Assembly (NCBI GenBank): GCA_013360585.1
Contig: JABWBH010000014.1
Coordinates: forward strand, 20,770-84,769
DNA: 64,000 nt
Direction: 5' to 3'
Source: Phycisphaerae bacterium
GTDB lineage: Bacteria > Planctomycetota > Phycisphaerae > UBA1845
Part shown: piece by piece, positions 58,230 to 64,000 of the stretch
Position numbering within the stretch: the first letter of the stretch is position 1
Layout of the letters: every line of letters begins with the position of its first letter
The notes under the pieces: model-generated
The model's database searches: none
What the model was told of the DNA's origin: nothing
What the model saw: only the letters and a program-made list of their open reading frames with translations
Translations under genes and position numbers: made by a program

Positions 58230-59186
58230 ATGACGCTGGAACTTCCTAACTACCGGGTGGTCGAGAAGATCGGCACGGGGGCGCAGACGACAGTCTACCG
58301 CGCGCGGTGCATGCGGTCGGGGAAGGACTACGCGATCAAGGTGGTGAAGGTTCGCCAGCCCGAAGACATGAAGATCGTGGACCTGATGCGTGACGAGCAC
58401 GTCGTGGGTTCGGCGATCGATCACCCGGTGATCCGCAAGACGTACGAGTTCCGCCCGTTGCGCCGGCTGACGCGCGTTCACGGTGCCCTGCTTTTCATGG
58501 AGTACGTCGCGGGAACGCCGCTGTCGGACCGGAACCTGTCGATGCCGCTTGACGAGACGCTGCGGGTGTTCGCCCGGGTCGGGGAGGGGTTGGCGGCGAT
58601 GCACCGGGCGGGATTCGTTCATGCTGATCTGAAGCCCGGCAATATTCTCGTCACCGCCGACGGCGAAGTGAAGCTGATCGACTTCGGTCAAAGCTCGCGT
58701 CTGGGAGAAGCGAAGCCCAGGGTGCAGGGGACGATCGATTACATGGCGCCGGAGCAGGCGACGCAGGGCAGGCTCGATCAACGCACCGACGTTTTCGGGC
58801 TTGGGGCGACGCTGCATCGGGTGCTGACGGGCAAGCCCGTCCCGACGGAGATGAACAAGACGGTGAACCCGCACAGCCAGCGTCTGCTGGGCAAACGGCG
58901 CGAGGCGACGCCCCAGATGGAGCTTTCGGGCATGCCGACGTGCGTGGCGCGGTTCATCGAGTCGTGCTGTCAGACGTCGATGGACGCCCGACTTTCGGAC
59001 ATGACGGCGGTCATACAGACGCTGGAGCTGGCGCGCAGCATCGTGCGGCAGTTGCCGGCGGGAGAAGATCCCTCCGAGCTGGACGAACACGATCTGCTCG
59101 ACGACGAGCACGGTCAGGAGCTGTCCGAGGACGAACTGCTGGACTTTCTCGCCGAGACGCCGGACGTGGAGACTCGCCGGACGTAA
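58230..59186 (+). CDS. Hanks-type Ser/Thr protein kinase with acidic tail
   Basis: IGTGA, YAIK, HADLKPGN, DFG, GTIDYMAPEQ and DVFGLG. Confidence 0.93.
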   Translation: MTLELPNYRVVEKIGTGAQTTVYRARCMRSGKDYAIKVVKVRQPEDMKIVDLMRDEHVVGSAIDHPVIRKTYEFRPLRRLTRVHGALLFMEYVAGTPLSDRNLSMPLDETLRVFARVGEGLAAMHRAGFVHADLKPGNILVTADGEVKLIDFGQSSRLGEAKPRVQGTIDYMAPEQATQGRLDQRTDVFGLGATLHRVLTGKPVPTEMNKTVNPHSQRLLGKRREATPQMELSGMPTCVARFIESCCQTSMDARLSDMTAVIQTLELARSIVRQLPAGEDPSELDEHDLLDDEHGQELSEDELLDFLAETPDVETRRT

Positions 59187-59249
59187 CCCCCTTCAGGCGC
59201 TGCTTTCTTCGGGTTATCCTTCCTTCAGCCGCTCCTTCGTATCCGGACG

Positions 59250-60602
59250 ATGCAACCCGGCAGGCGTCGTGGGCGCTCGGAGGCATCGTTGAGTCCGGCC
59301 ATCGTCAGGAAAGTCACGATCTATCCCTTGCGCATTCCGATGCGCGGGGCGGTCGAGCACGCGGAGGCGCGTCGGGACGAAGCGGACCCGATCGTGGTCG
59401 GCGTCGAGCTGGACGGCGGAACGTGCGGTTTCGGAGAGACGCTGCCCCGCCCGTATGTCACGGGGGAGTCGCGGCAGGACGCCCTCGACTTCATTCAGAC
59501 CGGTCTGCTCAGCGCCATCATGTCGTTCAACGCGCCGACGTTCGCCGAGGCGCTCGAGGCGATCGAGGCGCTGCCCTACCTGAGCGCGACGAACACGCGT
59601 CCGGCGTCGGAAGCGCGAGCCGGCGACAGAGGACCGGTGCGTAGCGAAGACGCGCCTCCGAGTCCGGCAGAGACCGCTCGGCGAGACGCGGCTCGGGCGG
59701 CGGTCGAGCTGGCCTTGCTGGACGCGTGCATGAAGCATTTCCACCGGGGCGTCGAGCATGTCGTGGGTTGGATGGGCTTGCCGGAGACCGGACCTCGGTC
59801 CCGGGTTGCCGGTCACGGGTCGACGGGACCGGCGCGACGAGCGGGTCATTGTCTGCGCGGGTCGGCGGTGTTGGCGTCGGCGGACATCGGACGATTGCGG
59901 AAGAAGTTGCGGTTCTACCGGTTCGCGGGGTTCCGGGATTTCAAGCTGAAAGTCGGGTTTGATCGGGACGAGGCGCGCGCGGAACTGGTGCGCCGAAGTC
60001 TGGGGCACGCGTTAAGCTCGGGGCGGGCGACGTTGCGGCTGGACGTCAACGGCGGGTGGTCGGCGAAGGACGCGGCACAAGAGCTTGCACGCTGGCACGA
60101 CCTTCCGCTGGCGGGGATCGAGCAGCCGCTGGCGCGCGGACGGGAGGCGGAGCTTTCCGGGCTGCGCCGGTTCACCAGCGCGCCTTGGATTCATGACGAA
60201 TCCCTGATCGACGTGGAGGACGCGCGGCGGCTGATCGGACTGGGCGTGGCGGACGTGTTCAATGTGCGGTTGAGCAAGTGCGGGGGATTTCTTCCGGCGC
60301 TGCGCGTGGCGATGTACGCAAGGCGCCAGGGCGTGCGGGTTCAACTGGGTTGCATGGTGGGGGAGACGAGCATCCTGGCGGCGGCGGGGCTGCGATTCCT
60401 GGAGGCGTTTCCTTATGCGGAGTGGGTGGAGGGGTGCTTCGGAACGTGGTTGCTGCGCGTGGACGTCGTGCGACGGTCGCTGCGGCTCGGTTACGGTGGA
60501 CGCCTGCCGACGGTCGGCGGACCGGGTTGGGGCGTGCAGGTGGACGAGGGTCGGTTGACGGCGCTGTCGGCCCCGGCGCCGATCGTGCTTCATCTCGGCT
60601 GA
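59250..60602 (+). CDS. Enolase-superfamily enzyme (dipeptide epimerase / muconate cycloisomerase-like)
   Basis: GETLPRPYVTGE, AAVELALLD, KLKVG, DVN, EQP, DES, KCGG and GCMVGET. Start uncertain (possibly TTG ~59289). Confidence 0.87.
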   Translation: MQPGRRRGRSEASLSPAIVRKVTIYPLRIPMRGAVEHAEARRDEADPIVVGVELDGGTCGFGETLPRPYVTGESRQDALDFIQTGLLSAIMSFNAPTFAEALEAIEALPYLSATNTRPASEARAGDRGPVRSEDAPPSPAETARRDAARAAVELALLDACMKHFHRGVEHVVGWMGLPETGPRSRVAGHGSTGPARRAGHCLRGSAVLASADIGRLRKKLRFYRFAGFRDFKLKVGFDRDEARAELVRRSLGHALSSGRATLRLDVNGGWSAKDAAQELARWHDLPLAGIEQPLARGREAELSGLRRFTSAPWIHDESLIDVEDARRLIGLGVADVFNVRLSKCGGFLPALRVAMYARRQGVRVQLGCMVGETSILAAAGLRFLEAFPYAEWVEGCFGTWLLRVDVVRRSLRLGYGGRLPTVGGPGWGVQVDEGRLTALSAPAPIVLHLG

Positions 60603-60708
60603 GCGGAAACGCAGGATGATTGACCCGCGCTGAGCCGCGGGGTTTATCCCGCGCGAAGCTTCGCGCAGGACGAAGCTACGCGCCGAAAGTAGCAAGGCGC
60701 CGTGTTTA

Positions 60709-60734
60709 ACCGAGCCGCGCCCGTCAGGAAGCGT
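60709..60734 (+). repeat. REP-like repeat (family A)
   Basis: accgagccgcgcccgtcaggaagcgt, between convergent genes. Confidence 0.7.
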
Positions 60735-60905
60735 GCCTTTCGGGCCTTTCACGCGGGCTTTGAAACAGCGTGCCAACCTTCACACGAGGACGGCCTGAGT
60801 GTTCCGGTATCCCGATGAGATCGGGGCGTATTGAACAGAGGTCGCTCCGGGCATTCTGAGCACGGTCAAGACATCACCGCGAACACAGGGTGCGCATTCG
60901 CCTTG

Positions 60906-61949
60906 TCAGCCGAACAACGAGGCGTCGCCCGCCGTGTCCGCGCGGGGAGGCGGGGCGGGCAGGCCGAGGTGGCGGTAGGCGTCGCGGGTGGCGACGCGGC
61001 CGGAGCGAGTGCGGATGACAAAACCGGTTTGAAGGAGAAAAGGCTCGACGACGTCCTCGAGCGTGTCGCGCTCCTCGCCCATCGTAGCGGCGATCGCCTC
61101 GATCCCGGCGGGGCCGCCGTCGTACACCTGGATCAGCGTGCGCAGGAACGCGCGGTCCAGTTCGTCCAGCCCCAGCGCGTCCACCTGCTGGATCGTCAGC
61201 GCCTCCTCCGCCAGCGCCGGCGTGATTTTCCCGTCGGCGCAGACCTGGGCGAAGTCCCGGACGCGCCTCAGCAGGCGGTTCGCCACGCGCGGCGTTCCCC
61301 GGCTTCGACCGGCGATCAGCTCCAGCGCGCCGTCCGTGCAGGGGACTTCAAGGCGGCGGGCTGAGCGTTCGATCACCTCGGTCAGTTCGCCGCGGGAGTA
61401 GAACTCGAAGTGATAGCGATGTCCGAAGCGGTCGCGCAGGGCCGCCGTCATCATCCCCGCGCGCGTCGTCGCCCCGATCAGCGTGAAGCGGTTGAGCTTG
61501 AAGTTCACGACGCGGCCGGACAGTCCGCCCTCGATCGTGAAGTCCACGCGGAAGTCCTCCAACGCCGTATACAGGAACTCCTCGACGACGCGCGGCAGGC
61601 GATGCATCTCGTCGATGAAGAGCACGTCGCCGCGCTCCAGGTTGGTGAGGATCGCCATCAGATCGGCCTGGCGAGCGATCGCCGGTCCGGAGGCGATGCG
61701 TGGCGGTCGTCCGCCCATCTCGGCGGCGATGACGAACGCCAGCGTCGTCTTGCCCAGCCCGGGAGGCCCCTCCAGAAGGATGTGTTCGAGGGGTTCGCCG
61801 CGCTGTTTCGCCGCCGACATCGCGATCCGCAGCTTCTCGAGCAGGGCACGCTGTCCGACCATCTCGTCCAGCCGGCGCGGGCGCAGCGCCGTATCCGAGT
61901 GTTCCTCCTCGGATCGAGCCGCGCCTGAAAGAATCCGGTCCCGCGCCAT
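60906..61949 (-). CDS. ruvB: Holliday junction branch migration helicase RuvB
   Basis: LRP, GPPGLGKTTLA, FIDEMHRL, GATTRAG, RSRGTPRVANRLLRRVRDFA and EPFLLQ. Confidence 0.98.
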   Translation of the reverse strand: MARDRILSGAARSEEEHSDTALRPRRLDEMVGQRALLEKLRIAMSAAKQRGEPLEHILLEGPPGLGKTTLAFVIAAEMGGRPPRIASGPAIARQADLMAILTNLERGDVLFIDEMHRLPRVVEEFLYTALEDFRVDFTIEGGLSGRVVNFKLNRFTLIGATTRAGMMTAALRDRFGHRYHFEFYSRGELTEVIERSARRLEVPCTDGALELIAGRSRGTPRVANRLLRRVRDFAQVCADGKITPALAEEALTIQQVDALGLDELDRAFLRTLIQVYDGGPAGIEAIAATMGEERDTLEDVVEPFLLQTGFVIRTRSGRVATRDAYRHLGLPAPPPRADTAGDASLFG

Positions 61950-62002
61950 GTCACTCGTCCGTCCCGCTGCTCGTCAACGCCGCGATGTTCCGTCCGCGCC
62001 TG

Positions 62003-62638
62003 CTACATCGCCGGTTGTCCGGCCTTGATGCGGTACGCCGCCCGCACCCAGTCTTCCGCGTGATCGAAGGTGGCGCCCTGCTTCGCCGCTTCGGCAAGGT
62101 AGCGCTCCGCATCCGCCCGCGAGTCTCCCCAGCCGGTCAATACCGTGAGGGCGTCGCGCTGGGCGAGGCTCCACGCCGTCTTCAGGACTTCACCCTCGGC
62201 GGACTCCGGCAGCGCCATCCCGTCCAGCTTGCCCTTCAACTCCGCGACGATGACCTGCGCCCCGCGCGGTCCGACGCCGCTGAGCGTCGCCAGCGCTTTG
62301 ACGTCCCCGTCCTGGATCCACCGCGCGATCCGCCGCGAAGGCTCGGACAGCGCCTTGAGCGCCTTGCGGACGCCCATCCCTTTGACACCGATGAACCGCA
62401 GGAAAAACGCCTTGTCCTCCGCCGAGATGAAACCGATCAGCCGCGGCGTCTGATAGGCCGAGTTCTGCCCGCCTTCGATCACCTCGAACGTGTGCAGCGT
62501 CACCTCGCTTCCGCGCCGTCCCGCCAGCGTCCCCACCGCGGCGCGAGGAACCAGCACCTCCCGCGCCTCTCCGTCGCGTTCGAGCACGACGGACTCCTCC
62601 ATCACGTCCGACAAGATGCCCGTCAACCGCACGATCAC
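62003..62638 (-). CDS. ruvA: Holliday junction branch migration protein RuvA
   Basis: GTG start (MIVRLTG), HhH motifs VKGMGVRKA and LSGVGPRGAQVIVAELKGK. Confidence 0.93.
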   Translation of the reverse strand: MIVRLTGILSDVMEESVVLERDGEAREVLVPRAAVGTLAGRRGSEVTLHTFEVIEGGQNSAYQTPRLIGFISAEDKAFFLRFIGVKGMGVRKALKALSEPSRRIARWIQDGDVKALATLSGVGPRGAQVIVAELKGKLDGMALPESAEGEVLKTAWSLAQRDALTVLTGWGDSRADAERYLAEAAKQGATFDHAEDWVRAAYRIKAGQPAM

Positions 62639-62682
62639 TCCGGCGTCTCCGTCCGATCCGGCTCCTGCCGCTGAGCATTCGA

Positions 62683-63201
62683 CTACCTCAGCGCGAACCG
62701 CGCCGACTCCCCCGCGCAGCATAACGCAATCGCCAGCGCGTCCGCTACGTCGTCCGGTTCCGGCGGCGCCGCCAGGTTCAGCGTCACCCGGATCGCACGC
62801 TGCATCTGCACCTTGGAGGCATGCCCGTTGCCGGTCAGATGACGCTTCACCCGGGTCGCCGGGTACGACGCCACCGGAATGCCCGCCCGCGCCGCCGCAC
62901 ACAGAAGAACACCCCGGGCGTGTCCCATCAGGATCGAAGTGCGCGGATGCTTCGTGTGTGCGTACAACTCCTCGACCGCCACGACGTCAGGCTGATGATC
63001 CCGCAGCACGGAGGAGAAGTCCGCGTCGAGCTGAAGCAGACGGTCGGGAAGCTCGCCCTGCCGATCCGAGCGGAAGACGCCGGCGTCAACCAGCGTCACG
63101 CCCTCCAGCATCGGCGACGACCCCCCCTCTCCGCCGACGCGCAACACGGCGTAACCTGTCACACCCAACCCTGGATCCACCCCGCAGATCGTCCGCGCCA
63201 C
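62683..63201 (-). CDS. ruvC: Crossover junction endodeoxyribonuclease RuvC
   Basis: GVDPGLGVTGY, VAVEE, MGHARGV, VKRHLTGNGHASKVQM and DDVADALAIA. Confidence 0.96.
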   Translation of the reverse strand: MARTICGVDPGLGVTGYAVLRVGGEGGSSPMLEGVTLVDAGVFRSDRQGELPDRLLQLDADFSSVLRDHQPDVVAVEELYAHTKHPRTSILMGHARGVLLCAAARAGIPVASYPATRVKRHLTGNGHASKVQMQRAIRVTLNLAAPPEPDDVADALAIALCCAGESARFALR

Positions 63202-63386
63202 GCTTCGCCCTCCGCCCCGACCCGCCCCGATCCGACGGCAAGGATCGACGCGCCCGCGGGCGGCGTCAACCGGCGGTGAGCGCGTCCGCGCGGAGAGCGC
63301 GCCCACCGGCGCCAGCCGTGCGGAACGGCGCCAGCCGCGGGTCGTGCGGCCCGATGATCTTCAACCCCGGGAGGGGCGACGGAACC

Positions 63387-64000
63387 TCACGGGCCTGCCG
63401 GCGGAGGCAGAAACCGCTCCCGGTCCTTCTCCTCCAGCCAGTCCCCCGAGGCGTGGCACTCCCGACACAGCGGCAGCGGACCTCCCGTGTGACACTGCTC
63501 GCAGCGCAGCGTCGGGTGCGGAAAGAGGTTCATCGAGTGCTCAAAAGGCCCTTCCACGTACGTGTCCTGCGTCCCCGGAACCCGGTTGAAGAACGTGTGA
63601 CACACGTCACACGCCGACGAGATCGCCTGCCCGTCGGCGTCGAAGTGCTTCCCATCGTGACACCGGAAGCACCCCGCGCTGTACATGTGCCCCACGTTGT
63701 CCGGGTACGTTCGCCAGTCCACTTTCATGAAGGGGAAGAACGTGTGTGCGTAAATGTCCTGCACCCCTTCCACCGATCGCTCGATCGCCGCCTTTTTCTC
63801 CGCGTAAACCTGCGGATGCTCGCGTTGATAGAACGCCGTCAGCGACTCCGCGATCCGCTGCTTCGCCTCCTCCGTGCTCGCGTAGCTCCCGCTCAGCAGC
63901 GCCAGCGCCTCACGCTTCACCCACGGCAGCGACGCGTCGATCCGTCCGATGTCCAGATACAGGTCCAGCGAGACATAGGGAGGCCGGAACAGGTGCGCCG
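63387..64000 (-). CDS. Multiheme c-type cytochrome (3' part; starts beyond the window)
   Basis: Four CxxCH motifs in the visible part: CFRCH, CDVCH, CEQCH and CRECH. Confidence 0.88.
   Translation of the reverse strand, partial: AHLFRPPYVSLDLYLDIGRIDASLPWVKREALALLSGSYASTEEAKQRIAESLTAFYQREHPQVYAEKKAAIERSVEGVQDIYAHTFFPFMKVDWRTYPDNVGHMYSAGCFRCHDGKHFDADGQAISSACDVCHTFFNRVPGTQDTYVEGPFEHSMNLFPHPTLRCEQCHTGGPLPLCRECHASGDWLEEKDRERFLPPPAGP

Noticed and set aside
1-64000. Many long antisense or alternate-frame ORFs (e.g. 1630-3288, 12641-14401, 25318-28095, 50438-52438)
   Set aside because: They shadow well-supported genes and are Arg/Pro-rich without motifs, as expected in high-GC DNA.

Overview
High-GC bacterial chromosomal window. 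The gene content (PEP-CTERM protein, FG-GAP/dockerin-like lipoproteins, peptidase-S74 fibre plus partner, flagellin, REP-like repeats) suggests a planctomycete, probably Phycisphaerae; this is an inference. Left to right: two divergent heavy-metal RND efflux operons, each headed by a small Cys-rich ORF; selA-selB and an antiporter; a HEAT protein; an Ig/Kelch lipoprotein; tRNA-Glu; ribD, lspA and a 1297-aa FG-GAP lipoprotein; pgpA, tlyA-like and ACT genes. An accessory region (~30.8-40.3 kb) around tRNA-Val holds a decayed IS701, three MITE-like elements and secreted-protein genes. Then lexA, an sxtJ/carbamoyltransferase/sxtK-like trio, nfi, FGE-domain and PEP-CTERM proteins, an EF-G paralogue, flagellin, hppD, an SDR, a phosphoesterase, a Ser/Thr kinase, an enolase-family enzyme, ruvCAB and a partial multiheme cytochrome. 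The two most interesting observations are (1) an unrecognised ~80-aa Cys-bounded C-terminal domain ending Cys-Pro-stop, shared by unrelated secreted proteins and followed closely by MITE-like ends, and (2) twin Cys-rich leader ORFs ending RPL[LR]I, each followed by a similar hairpin, heading both metal-efflux operons with no transcription factor nearby. All calls come from reading the sequence; no database searches were run.
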